In this document: positions 1 through 17,966 of the stretch, piece after piece
How positions within the stretch are numbered: the stretch's first letter is position 1
Layout of the letters: each line of letters begins with the position of its first letter
Assembly (NCBI RefSeq): GCF_009914755.1
Contig: NC_060936.1
DNA: 64,000 nt
Strand: one strand, 5' to 3'
From: the human T2T-CHM13v2.0 reference genome, Homo sapiens
Notes under the pieces: generated by a model
What the model was told of the DNA's origin: nothing
Seen by the model: only the letters and a program-made list of their open reading frames with translations
Databases searched by the model: none
Program-made: the position numbers and the translations under genes

Positions 1-422
1 TGTGGCTTGGTTTCTCTAATGGCTTTCTGCTGAGCCTAGTCCTGCATGTAACAGGGCTCCAGTGGCAGGTGGTGGGAGCCAGGATAACTGAGCTGGGCAG
101 AATGATGCAGTGGGCAGAACCTTGGCTTTCTAGTATGGACATTCGGCTGGTACACACCTTCCGGTCATTCCACTTATGCTGAAATACTGAAATATTTCTG
201 TATTGGGAGGTAAATAGCTACTGCCCTGAATCCCGTGGGTGCCCCAACCCGGGACCCACCAGGCCTTCATACTATCCAGCAATGAATGGGGTCATGCCTG
301 GCTACAGTGTGTCTCTAGGACCGTGCTTCAAGGCCAGGGCTGGCATCCATTCTCAGTGCTCAATGCCCGTATTATGGTGCTGTAAGCATTTTGAACTCAC
401 CCCTGGATAAATCTGAATTTGA

Positions 423-871
<449 letters not shown>

Positions 872-1014
872 TAAAACTAATCTATTTGCAGGGTTGTTGT
901 GAAATGTAAGTGTGTAACTGAGATAAGGCTACTGTTATTATTCTACACTCTAAACAGGAAAACAGCATCCTTTGTACCTTATCTTTATACAAAGGCTTGG
1001 AGAAATAGGGATCA

Positions 1015-1203
<189 letters not shown>

Positions 1204-2337
1204 CTAGAGGCTGAGGATTGCACAGTGACATGACCCACTGGGTCCCAAAAGTCGGTGGTGCCCAGTTGGCCACTCAACTAGGGAGATTGTTAAATACAGA
1301 TGCCCCTACATTTAGAATGAGAAATTCTAATTCAGGAGGTCTGGGTAGAGTCCAGGAATCATTGTTTTTACCAAGTGCCCTGTGATGATCCTGATTAAGA
1401 GCTGAATCTGGGAACCATGCTGTTCTCTTGTCGGTCATCTCTGCCTGTGTTTCTTCACACAGAACCGGTGCAGGCGGTACTGTACTTACGGCAGGTGCTC
1501 AGTCCACCAGGGTGACTTGATGGATTCACGTGAATCCATGAGTGGGCCTGGGCCAGCTGAGGCAGGGCCTTCCCCTCGCCCTTTATTGCTGCCTCTGTCA
1601 CAGACTTCATTCCGTCTCCTAGGTGGGATCTAGGCCTCTCCTAAGGCTGAGAGCACAGGACAGGGGAGAACAAGCCTGAGCCTCTTGCTGGGCTTCAGGA
1701 TAAACCAGACACACAGAATGAGGATTGAGTTGCCTTCCCAGGAGGTGGAGATCTGAGCTAGGCAGATTAACTTGTTTATGAGGGTGTTCTCCATTGCATT
1801 CCCCCCGGGCATGGACCCAGTTGGCTGACCTTGTGTGGACCACCTGTTGACAGGGCTTCCTGTGTCCCAGCGTCCTGCAGCCCTCGGCATCAGGTGCTCT
1901 GACTTGGAGCAACTGTCGTAGTTAAGCGCCTCTTCTGCCTGGCAGCTGCGCTCATTGCCTCCTAATTATACGCTCTGGGGCCTCCCTTGAAGGTAAAATA
2001 TTATATCACAGCTTTAGGGGTCTGCTTCCAGTGTTGCATTGGTTCCAAATGATGAGGACAGGCAAGAGGTGTAGGGACACAGGGCTGAGAGACATGTTAA
2101 GAGACGGATACAAAGGGATTGGAAAGAGAAAGGAGAAACAGGCAGGGGTGAAAGATGAAATGTTAAGAGAAAGACTGAGGAAGAGGGAGGCCAAGAAAGA
2201 CATGAAGCAAGGGAAGTTAAAATCTGGAAGGCAGTGAGTGGTGTTCTTAGCACAGATTTGCAGAGGGTAGCGACCCTTGCTATTATTTCAGGAGGAGTGA
2301 CACGTGAGCACTTTTTCCTTTTTGTTTAAACAAGTTC

Positions 2338-2640
2338 TTTTATTTTATTTTGTCTTTTTGAGAGGGTGTCTTGCTCTGCCACCCAAGCTGGAGTGCAGTA
2401 GTGTGATCATAGCTCACTGCAGCCTTAATTCCTGGGCTCAAGCAATCCTACCACCTCAGCCTCCAGAGTAGCTGGGACTACAGGCGTGAGCCACTACCCT
2501 GGCTAATTTTTTTATTTTTATTTTTTGTAGAGATAGGTTCTTGTTGTGTTGTCCAGGCTGGTCTCGAACTCCAAGGCTTAAGCTATTCTCCTGTCTTGGC
2601 TTCCCGAAGTGCTGGGATTACAGGTGTGAGCCACTGTGCC
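2338..2640 (-). mobile_element. AluJ
   Basis: Antisense Alu dimer; TSD-like aaacaagttctt flanks. Confidence 0.85.
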
Positions 2641-3401
2641 CTCCTAAACAAGTTCTTGAGTAGGAACTAGCAGCTAGACAAGATGCAGTGACTCAACAGA
2701 GGCAATAATAGGAAGTTTTGGGTTTGCAGCTGCTGGCTGATGTTTTCTACCCTGTTTCCCAGCAAGGAAATCCTGGGGATTGTGAGCGTGTGCGCAGTGA
2801 CTCACATGACCACAGCCTCCCTGGTTTACAGTCCCAGCCCTGCATACCTGTTCTCTCACCGACACACCTATCCGCTCAGTGACCACACCTCACAATCTCA
2901 ACTCTGCCCCAGCCACCAAGCCATGGCTGCCACTCACACAGCCTCTTTTTCACTCTGTTGACAGCCACCTCCCTCCTCAAAGCCCATGTTTCCTGGGAGC
3001 TGTGACTTCTCTGCCATCAGCTGTCAAATCCTCCGCAGGCTCTTGCATAAAGCATTTTTCCTGTCTGCATCTCAGATTTCTGACCTGTAAAATGAACCTC
3101 AGGCTCACTGCTCACGCCTCTTTGCTGTGTGGAGCAGTGAATTAATGTCTTTAAGGAACTTGTTGCTTGTTGGATGAAAGATGCCAAAGTCAGCTTTGCT
3201 CCTCCACCCCCACCTGCACTCCTAACAGCCAAGCCCTCCTTTCTTACTGTTTACCATACAGATAAGCTCGTGATGACTAGAGCAAGTCATTTAAGGTCTG
3301 TGAACCTGGGTGGACCTCAGTTCCCCAATCCACTGATCTCTGCTGCCTCCCATTCACCTGGCAGCATTTGACACTGTTGACCACCTACTGCCTTCTTCTT
3401 A

Positions 3402-3713
<312 letters not shown>

Positions 3714-4446
3714 GTGTTAAAGTAACACATGCTCATTGCTTAAAAAGAAAGAAAAGTGAAGGCTGAGGCAGGAGGATCACTTCAGCCTGGGAAGTCGAGG
3801 CTGCAGTGAGCTGAGATTGCATTACTGCACTCCAGCCTGGGCAACAGCGAGACCCTGTCTATAAAAAAAAAACAAAAACAAAAACACAATTTTTCAAAAA
3901 AAAAAAAAAGAAAATGAAATCCAATACTATACACCAGAATTTAAGTAAAATATAAAGACCACTAGTCCTCTCACCTCTATACAATCATGAAACGTGTCTC
4001 AAATCCAGCCTCCTCTCTCCACCCCGCAGCCGCCCCCCCGCCCCCGAACTCTTTTTTTCTGAGATGGCGTCTCACTCTGTTGCCCAGGCTGGAGTGCAGT
4101 GGTGTGATCTCAGCTCACTGCAACCTCCGCCTCCCGGGCCCAAGCCATCCTTCCACTTCAGCCCCCAAATAGCTGGGACTGTAAGCACGGGCTACCATGG
4201 CTGGCTAATTTTTAGCCCGGGAATTTGAGTCTGCAGTGAGCTTTAAATTGCACCCCTGCGCTCCAGCCTGAGCAACAGAGTGAGATTCTGTCAAAAAAAC
4301 AAACAAACAAAAAAACCCCACATACTGTTATTAATTATCATCACCATGTTGTCAAATCTTCTCTTTCTGAACCCTTCTGCCCTTAATTCCCTTAACCCTT
4401 CTGTCTCTTAACCCTTCTGCCCTCCCCCACAAAAACCCTTGTGTGA

Positions 4447-4775
<329 letters not shown>

Positions 4776-6063
4776 CACCAGAGGTTTTAACAGATGTTCT
4801 ATACTATGTAATGAGTGAATTAATTAGTTATTTGGTAGCTCTGTTTTGAGACAACTTGGGGCTTCCCTCTCCTCCTAGAATTAACTAACAGCTGGTGAAA
4901 GAGCAGAGGGACAGTGACCACCAGGCCAACCTCGCCCAGAGAACTGACAGCAGCATCAGCGGCTCTTACAGCAGCCCCCTTTCCTCTGTTCCCACTGCAG
5001 CCTCCAACCCTGGACTCCCTAAGCCCAGAGGGGAAAGGAAGGGCCGTCTGCCCAGCCATTTGAACCCTGATCCATCTTGGATTGGAGAATTGCTTTGGAG
5101 AAACCTGAAATCAAGAATTGGCGCTTGCTGAGATTTGCCTGGGGGAACATTTGCCCCATCCTTGAGTTTGGCTTTTGCATTTTCTGGCCTTTCTCATGCT
5201 TTCCTGTCCATTTTCAGAATGTTCCCACTGCATGAAGTATTGTCTCCCTGCCACACTTCATTGTCATGGGGGAGAGTGTCCTGAAGACCCTTGTTTCATG
5301 TTGCTGGGGCCCAGGATTGCTGTCTGCAGAGAGATAGGGGTCTGAATAGGTCTACCTCTCAAATTATCCTGCTTCTGGGGTTGATAGGAGTTGGGGGAGG
5401 AGACTGAGGAGCTGGAGACAAAGCTCTGTGGAACCCACCAAGGATTTTAAACCCTCTCCCATGAAGAGCCCTAGATCAGTGACAAGTGGGAGAGTTGCCA
5501 TTTGCAACTCCATCCATCTATTTTTGTCTTCTTTCATTTGCATAGATCTGAGCCAGGTAAGCATCAGCTGATACTCTTCTTATAAATCAGATTGTAACCC
5601 GATTTGTCTGTCTCATTTTTTTACCCTCTAATACAGCACAGGTACAGTATGCCTATAGGTATGTCCCTGAAACATTCTATGCAGTTCAGATTTTTTTTTT
5701 TAGGAACTATTTTAAATTCATTAGGCAGGCTTTATTATTTCAGGCATCCATGATGGATCTGCTAGCAACAGGAAAATCGTTCTTCATTTGTGTGTGTTTA
5801 TTATCAAATCATAGAGTGTAACACTTACAATGGTCCTTAAATATCATCATTTTATAACTAAGAAAACCAAGGATCAGGAGGTCACTGGGATCACAAAGCC
5901 AGTGAAAGAACAAGGACCAAAACCTTGGTCTCCTGACTTCTAGCCCACTGCTCTTTCAATCACAGGGACAATGAAATACAGAGAAGTTTAAAACTGTTAT
6001 CTTCCTATATTTTCATTTCCATCTCTTTTTTCTACTTAAAAACATTTTATTTCTATTTTTTAA

Positions 6064-6517
<454 letters not shown>

Positions 6518-7356
6518 AAGTGCATTTTTAAATGAATTTTTAATTTTAGAATAGTTTTTCATTTACCCAACATTGCAAAGGTAGTCTGGAGAGCTCTCAC
6601 TTTGCTCACACCCAGTTTCCTCTATTATTAGCATCTTGCATTAAGCCCCGGTACATTTGTCATGATTAATGAACCAATATCGGATGTTATTATTAACTCA
6701 AGTTCATACTGTATCCTGAATTCCTTTCAGATATCCCTTTTCTGTTCCTAGACCTCTGTAGTCATTGGGTCTCCCTAAGTTCCTACTGGCCATGACAGAT
6801 TTAAGCGTTTTTTTGATAGTGTCACTTTTGTGATATATATGGCAACCTTTTTTCACATAACTATATGTTTTGAACACCTTTCTGGGTTAGTGTGTGTGGC
6901 CTTCCACACCCTTTTAACTCACCACAGTGTTCTGTTGAGTGGCTTTACCCCATCATTTTACACTGCCCTTGGCACAGAGCCCCCGTCTGGAAGTGTCACT
7001 GGGCCTGGGTGCTGTCTGGTGGATTAGACAGACGCTTCCGCTGTCTTGGAATTTGGACACTGTGGGAACAGAGAACATGGATGTAAATGACCTGACAGAG
7101 CTCAGAGAAAAGGAGCCACGTGGCCTGGGGCACTGCTGTTGTGGCGACCCTTCACCCCACGCCCTCCACCCTACATCCCTCACCCCACACCCTACGCCCT
7201 GCGAGTGGCTCTGTGTTTACATACAAGAGTTTACATCTGTGGTGGAAGCACTTTCTCACAAAAGGGTAGGGCTTATTCTAGGAGGCCCTACCAAAGAAAA
7301 GCACTAGGTAGCAGCATTCCAGCTGTAGGGCCCGTGACTGTGGCATGCGGAACATT

Positions 7357-7576
7357 CCTGCCCCTGGAAATCCAGTAGTAGCTTGGTGGACGTCTGTCCC
7401 TGGAAATCCAGTAGTAGCTTGGTGGACACCTGCCCCTGGAAATCCAGTAGTACCTTGGTGGACACCTGCCCCTGGAAATCCAGTAGTAGCTTGGTGGACA
7501 CCTGCCCCTGGAAATCCAGTAGTAGCTTGGTGGACACCTGCCCCTGGAAATCCAGTAGTAGCTTGGTGGACACCTG
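7357..7576. repeat. 36-bp minisatellite, about 6 copies
   Basis: Unit CCCCTGGAAATCCAGTAGTAGCTTGGTGGACACCTG; 12-aa periodic ORFs. Confidence 0.95.
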
Positions 7577-10500
7577 TCAGGAGTGCTTGAGTAGAGCGTT
7601 GATACTAACCTGTGAAAGAAATTTCCCATGATCATCCATTGTAACTGGAAGAGATCTGAAAAATGACTCGGCCCAAGGTCCCACAGCCAGTGGAGACAGA
7701 ATGTCTTCTCTTACTGTCTTTTCCGCTGGCCCTGCCAGCCCAGACCTGTCCCTAGGGGGACATCCAATTCATATTCGTTAATGAAGAGAAAGCTTCCAGA
7801 TCCTTCAAGGTGTCTCTGTTACCTCAGAAGGTCCAGTGCATATTTTGAAACAACTTACTTTTGTTTTTTTTAGACAGGGTCTTGCTCCATCACCCAGGCC
7901 ACCCAAGCTGGAGTTCAGTGATGCAATCATGGCTTACTGCAGCTTCGAACTCCCAGGCTTGAGCAATCTTCCCACCTCAGGCTCTTGAGTGCCTGGGACT
8001 ACAGGTGTGTGCCACCATGCCTGGCTAATTTTTAAAAATTTGTTATAGAGATAGGGTCTTACTACATTGCCCAGGCTGGTCTCAAACTCATGGTCTCAAG
8101 CAATAAAACAGCTTTTTAATGTTTAAATTATACCCGAGGTTTGGTTCTCTGCAGATGTCCCCCAGAATTGGGCACAGCCTCCGATCGGCCTTATTCCTCT
8201 CACTTAATATTTGTCACTATTCCAAACCCCATGTTCAACACTTCACCCATTACCTTTTCCCTCTGACCTCTGATTTGCACAGGCCCTTCCAGCAGAGCTC
8301 CAGGCTGTTCTTGCCCAAGCAGAGATTACAAACATACTACTTTGAGGACTGACCCTCCCAGACTTACCACTTCAGCCGAAGTAAGGGAGAACTAGATAAC
8401 TCTCTTTGTCTCATGCTACAAAGTGCCCCAGGAGGCCTTTCATACACAATTATTTTTCAGTAAGGAGCCAGGGAACCAGGGTCTTTTCCTCTCATGCACC
8501 TTGTGAGGTTGGCAGGACAGCGTGTGACTCATGCCTGGACAGAGGCGCATACCTTTAACAGCCTTGCTGGGGAGGTGCCCCACTTAGGAGTGGTGGAGAT
8601 ACACTCTACTGGTTTTTCCTACCCAGCAGGTGTCTAAGACAGACACACTCAGACAACACTGCTTTCCCCATCACTGCCTGTCATCCAACACTTCAAAGAT
8701 GATGGACAACGTGTCTGAAGCTGATGGGGCGGAGGACCCCTGCACACCTGCACCTACTAACCTACTGCTGTACCTTCGCCCCACCCCCAGCCCCCTTTGA
8801 GAGCTCAGATCCCGCCTAGGAGGGGATGGATGGGCTTGTTAACAGCTGACAAGTGCTCTGCAAAATGCAGCTGTTTAATCATAAATGAACATTAGAAGGT
8901 GGCCTGGGGCCACTGTGCTTTAGGAAACTCATGCGCGTGGAGAGGACAGGAGGAAAGGAGATTTCCAGGGCAGGAGAAACTTGGGAAGCAACACTGAATG
9001 GGAAGAGAGGGAGGCTTTCTAGGGGATTTAAATGATACTGAAACCCGGATACGGAATAGGAGAAAAAATACCAACTTGCTCTCAGGGTGTCTTTACTCTC
9101 CCCAGTGCAGATTTCATTGACCTAAATCAGGTCTCTGCTCCTATTTGCTGGTACCTAGTTCAAGAGAGTCTTATAAATACACAAAGCCGGAAATGCCTGG
9201 GTAGGGGGGTGGCAAGAGCATGCGGTTCCACTCCAGGACAGGATCTGACTCAAATCACACTTCCCTCCTGGATTCCAGACTGTCAGGAGGGATGCCTCCG
9301 AGGTGGTGTTTGGAAGGAGGTGCTGAGAGCGGAGCTGGGTTATTCTAAGCGTGGCCCAGGGAAGATCTTGCCAGACTTGTTAATGTGTGACCCCACCCAG
9401 TGCCATGCTCAGCAAGGCAGAGAAGTGTGCTGTGGGTGGTGGGAGCAAGAAAGAGAGGAGGCCAGGACATCTCTATTCCACACATACCCTGTTTCATCCC
9501 TTGCTGCATTTCACTAAAATTATCCACTCGCCCCTACGAGACCTGCTGTGTCCTCCTTGAGTCCTTGTTTGGCATACCTTTGTTCCCTTCCATGGCCGAG
9601 TGAGTTCAGTCCACATTCATTGAACTGAAAGCTCACAGGTCTTGGAGCCTGGAGAAATAATCGGAACCATTCCCTTTCGTCTCCAGGCAAGATGAGCGAT
9701 GGACCCAGGTTGCCTAACCTAGTTAGCTGCATGACACTCCAGAGCATCCAGCTCAAAGCAGGCATTGACAGGGATGGGGCACCCAGAGAAATGGCGCTGG
9801 TGCTGCTGTAGGGGTAAGATGTAGCAGCAAGGGGCGGGCAAGAGGGCTCCAGATGATTTCTGCCATGCTGAGCTAGCTGCCTGCTGGCTTTGTAAGCAGT
9901 GGAATAAGAAGACTATTGTGTCAACTCTTTGAGGGGGTGTGGCCTTCCTTGGGGTGAGAAAGCACAATGGGAAGGGCTAGCAGCTCCCCCGATCCTCTTC
10001 CTACTGTGACCTGAGAGACACTCCATGGGGGGGTTGGACGCTGGGGGGCTGGTCAGGGGAGTTGGCTGGGCTGGGAGGGAAACGGGCCCTTTCAAGAGCA
10101 AGTCAGACTCTGGTGAGCTGTTTACCCGCCTCATGCCCAAGGGTGCAATGTGAGTCATTTAATTTAATTGGTTTAATAAGTAAACGGTCTGGGTACAAAG
10201 AGGAGGGGGTTGGGTATGAGAGGGAGGGGCGGGGCAAACCCTGCAGAGCTGCTTTGGAAAGAAACCTGTTGCCAGCCCTCTAGGGATGGTCACAATTAAA
10301 CAGGGAGTGGAGATGCTTTGGGAAGTAGGGAGAAGGGAGAGCCCCAGATGTTGAAGTGGAAAGAGGAGTAGAGGCTATAAGTCGGCCAGCCTCAGATTCT
10401 CAGTGCCCATCTGAGTATTCGATTCACTGGTGCTGGTATATCCACAGGGCTGTGCAACCATTGCCACTACCTAATTCCAGAGCATTTTCCTCACCCTAGA

Positions 10501-10785
10501 AAGGAACCTCACCCATTATCAGTCACTCCCAATTCTCCCCACCTCCAGCACTGGAACCACGACTCTCCTTTTGGTCTCTATGGATTTGCCTATTCTTTTT
10601 TTTTTTTTTTTTTTTTTTTTTGAGACAGGGTCTTACTCTGGTGCCCAGGCTGGAGTGCAGTGGCAGCTCACTGCAATTTCTGCCTGCCAAGCTCAAGGTA
10701 TTCTCCCACCTCTGCCTCCTGAGCAGCTGAACTACAGGCGTGTGCCACCACGCTCGGCTAATTTTTGTTTTTTGTTTTTTTTGGT

Positions 10786-12894
10786 ACCTTCCACCATCCA
10801 CCTTCCACCTTCCGCCTTCTGCCTTCCGCCTTCCACCTTCGACCTTCTTCCACCTTCGACCTTCCACCTTCCACCTTCCGCCTTCTGCCTTCCACCTTCC
10901 ACCTTCCTTCCACCTTCCACCTTCCACCTTCAACCTTCCGCCTTCCGCCTTCCACCTTCTGTCTTCCACCTTCCTTCCACCTTCCACCTTCCACCTTCTT
11001 CCACCTTCCACCTTCCACCTTCTTCCACCTTCCACCTTCCACCTTCTTCCACCTTCCACCTTCTTCCACCTTCTTCCACCTTCCACCTTCCACCTTCCAC
11101 CTTCTTCCACCTTCCACCTTCCACCTTCTACCTTCCTTCCACCTTCCACCTTCCGCCTTCGACCTTCTTCCACCTTCCACCTTCCGCCTTCCACCTTCGA
11201 CCTTCTTCCACCTTCGACCTTCCACCTTCCACCTTCTTCCACCTTCGAGCTTCCACCTTCCGCCTTCCACCTTCCACCTTCCACCTTCCACCTTCCTTCC
11301 ACCTTCCACCTTCCACCTTCGACCTTCCGCCTTCCGCCTTCCGCCTTCCACCTTCTGTCTTCCACCTTCCTTCCACCTTCCGCCTTCCACCTTCCTTCCA
11401 CCTTCCACCTTCCACCTTCTTCCACCTTCCACCTTCCACCTTCTTCCACCTTCCACCTTCCACCTTCTTCCACCTTCTTCCACCTTCCACCTTCCACCTT
11501 CCACCTTCTTCCACCTTCCACCTTCCACCTTCTTCCACCTTCCACCTTCCACCTTCCTTCCACCTTCCACCTTCCGCCTTCGACCTTCTTCCACCTTCCA
11601 CCTTCCACCTTCTTCCACCTTTGACCTTCCACCTTCCACCTTCCGCCTTCCGCATTCCGCCTTCCATCTTCCTTCCACCTTCCACCTTCCGCCTTCCACC
11701 TTCTACCTTCTGCCTTCCACCTTCGACCTTCTTCCACCTTCAACCTTCCACCTTCGACCTTCCACCTTCCACCTTCCACCTTCTTCCACCTTCGAGCTTC
11801 CACCTTCCACCTTCCACCTTCCGCCTTCCGCCTTCCACCTTCCGCCTTCCGCCTTCCACCTTCCGCCTTCCGCCTTCCACCTTCCACCTTCCACCTTCCA
11901 CCTTCTTCCACCTTCCACCTTCCACCTTCTTCCACCTTCTTCCACCTTCTTCCACCTTCCACCTTCCACCTTCTTCCACCTTCCACCTTCTTCCACCTTC
12001 CACCTTCCACCTTCCTTCCACCTTCCACCTTCCGCCTTCGACCTTCTTCCACCTTCCACCTTCCACCTTCTTCCACCTTTGACCTTCCACCTTCCGCCTT
12101 CCGCCTTCCGCCTTCCATCTTCCTTCCACCTTCCACCTTCCACCTTCCGCCCACCTTCCACCTTCCACCTTCCACCTTCTACCTTCTGCCTTCCACCTTC
12201 GACCTTCTTCCACCTTCAACCTTCCACCTTCGACCTTCCACCTTCCACCTTCCACCTTCTTCCACCTTCGAGCTTCCACCTTCCACCTTCCACCTTCCGC
12301 CTTCCACCTTCCGCCTTCCACCTTCCACCTTCCACCTTCTTCCACCTTCCACCTTCCACCTTCGATCTTCCTTCCACCTTCCGCCTTCCACCTTCCACCT
12401 TCCACCTTCTTCCACCTTTGACCTTCCACCTTCCACCTTCCGCCTTCCGCCTTCTGCCTTCCTTCCACCTTCCGCCTTCCACCTTCTTCCACCTTCCACC
12501 TTCCGCCTTCTGCCTTCCACCTTCCGCCTTCCACCTTCCTTCCACCTTCCACCTTCCACATTCCACCTTCTACCTTCCGCCTTCCGCTTTCCACCTTCTG
12601 CCTTCCACCTTCCACCTTCCACCTTCTTCCACCTTCCACCTTCCACTTTCCACCTTCCACCTTCGATCTTCCTTCCACCTTCCACCTTCCGCCTTCCACC
12701 TTCCACCTTCCACCTTCTTCCACCTTCCACCTTCCACCTTCTTCCACCTTTGACCTTTCACCTTCCACCTTCCGCCTTCCACCTTCTGCCTTCCTTCCAC
12801 CTTCCGCCTTCCACCTTCCACCTTCGACCTTCCACCTTCCACCTTCCACCTTCCACCTTCTTCCACCTTCCACCTTCCACCTTCCACCTTCCAC
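10786..12894. repeat. (CCTTCCA)n heptamer-based tandem array, about 2.1 kb
   Basis: Direct reading; variants CCTTCTTCCA, CCTTCCG, CCTTCGA. Confidence 0.98.
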
Positions 12895-12898
12895 TACC

Positions 12899-13420
12899 GT
12901 TCTTGGATTTTGCCAACAAAGAACAAAGAATTGAGGGCAAATCTGTAGAGTAAAGTGAAAGCAAATTTATTAAAAAAGTAAAGGAGTAAAACAATGACTA
13001 TTCCACAAGCAGAGCAGCCCTGAAGGCTGCTGGTTGCCCATTTTATGCTTATTTCTTGATTAGATGCTAAACGGTGTGGGTTATTCGTGCCTCTCATTTT
13101 TAGGCCATATAGGGTTAACTTCCTGATGTCGCTGTGATGTTTGTAAACTGTCATGGTGCTGGCGGGAGCATAGCAGCGAGGACAACCAGAGGTCACTTTT
13201 ATCACCATCTTGGTTTTGGTGGGTTTTAGCCGGCTTCTTTCCTGCAGTCTGTTTTATCAGCAAGGTCTTTATGACCTGTATCTTATGCCTCCTATCTTAT
13301 ACCTCCTATCTCATTCTGTGATTAAGAATGGCTTAACTTACTGGGAATGCAGTCCAGCAGGTCTTAGCCTTATTTTAGCCAGCCTCTATTCAAGGTGGAG
13401 TTGCTCCAGCACCTCTGACA
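12899..13420 (-). mobile_element. MER41A-like ERV1 solo LTR (3' end disrupted by the heptamer array)
   Basis: Minus strand starts TGTCAGAGG... and follows the recalled MER41 consensus (GGTCATAAAGACCTTGCTGATAAAAC, AATAAA...TTGCTTTCACTTTACTC, TCCAAGAAC); lacks the tandem GAS segment of MER41B. Confidence 0.8.
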
Positions 13421-13765
13421 ATAGCTCACTACGGCCTCGAACATTTTTGTATAGACGCGGTCTCCCTATGTTGCCCAGGCTGATCCCTAACTCCTGGCCT
13501 CAAGCAGTCCTCTGACCTCAGTTTCCCAAAGCATGCGGATTACAGGCGTGAGCCACTGTGCCCAGTCCATTTCTTTTTATTGCTAAGTTATATTCTGTTG
13601 TGTGGATAGACCACATTTTGCTTCTCCATTCATAGTTGATGATGGACATTTGCATTGTTTCCGCTTTTTGGCTATTAGGAATAATGCTGCGCTGAGGCTT
13701 TCATTTCTGTTGGGTGTATACCTGGGAATAGAACTGCTGGGTCAAATAGTAACTCCATGTTTTGA

Positions 13766-16990
<3,225 letters not shown>

Positions 16991-17966
16991 GATAAGGAGT
17001 AGCCCATGGGAGAAGATCAGGGATTACAGGGGAATCATAACCTTCTGCTTGACACACTTCTGTACTCTGTGATTTAGGGGGAGGGAGGTAAACATATGTT
17101 ACTTGTATTTTAGAAACAAAGCTTCTGGGTTCCAGTCAGGGACCCAAGACAGGTGTCTTGTGGGAGGCGAGGGGGTTGGAGGTGGCCCTGTAAAATCTAG
17201 GTCTCTTTAGGGACAGTGATGTTATTTCCGTTTTATTTTATTTCAGTGATTTATTTACATTCCCAGACCCAGCAATTCCACCTTCCCCAAAATGCCTATT
17301 CATGACCTACTTCCCCATGATGTCTTCCCTGACCACCAGGATCCTCCTCTCTGGATTCCAGGAGACTTTGCTCAGTGCTCAGTTATGTACTTGTCATGTT
17401 ATCAAACCCATCCTTCCTGCATGAAGCAGGCTGTGCCATGGGGAAAGCATAGGAGAGGCAGGCTGGGTGTGAACTCCAGTCCAGCCATGCATTAGCGGCC
17501 GTGGCAGGACCATCAGCCATGACTTATCAATTCCTCACCAGTGGGGCTCCACAATACTGGCTTCACAGGATTGGAATGAGAATTAACCAGGCAGTAGTGG
17601 GAAGAGTGAGGTCTTTGAAACCAAACAGAATTAGTTTGAATCCCAGTTTAGCTACTTTTAAGATCTGGGGCAAATCATGTAAACTCTTTAAACCTCAGTT
17701 TTATCGTTAGGAAAATGGGGAGAATAGTACCTTACAGGGCTGTTGTGCATTGGAAATTAATTCATTCATTTACCTAATTCATCTTTCCAGCTGAATTATG
17801 AGGGTAGAGGGGTGAAACAACTGGGCTTTAAGATATTAAGGAACTTGCCAAAGGTCACAAGCTAAAAAGTGGCAGGGTGGGAATTCAATTCCAGATCTTT
17901 CTGCTCTGAAAGTGGTTCTTACCCATCTTCGATCATCCACTCAGAGCCAGACAAGGCAGCTATGCG

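Noticed and set aside
2689-2804. Two AP-1 sites (GCAGTGACTCA)
   Set aside because: Short motifs expected by chance in 64 kb; not enough to call an enhancer
10523-12894. Overlapping 300-660 aa ORFs on both strands
   Set aside because: Produced by the stop-poor heptamer repeat; no splice or promoter context, so not genes
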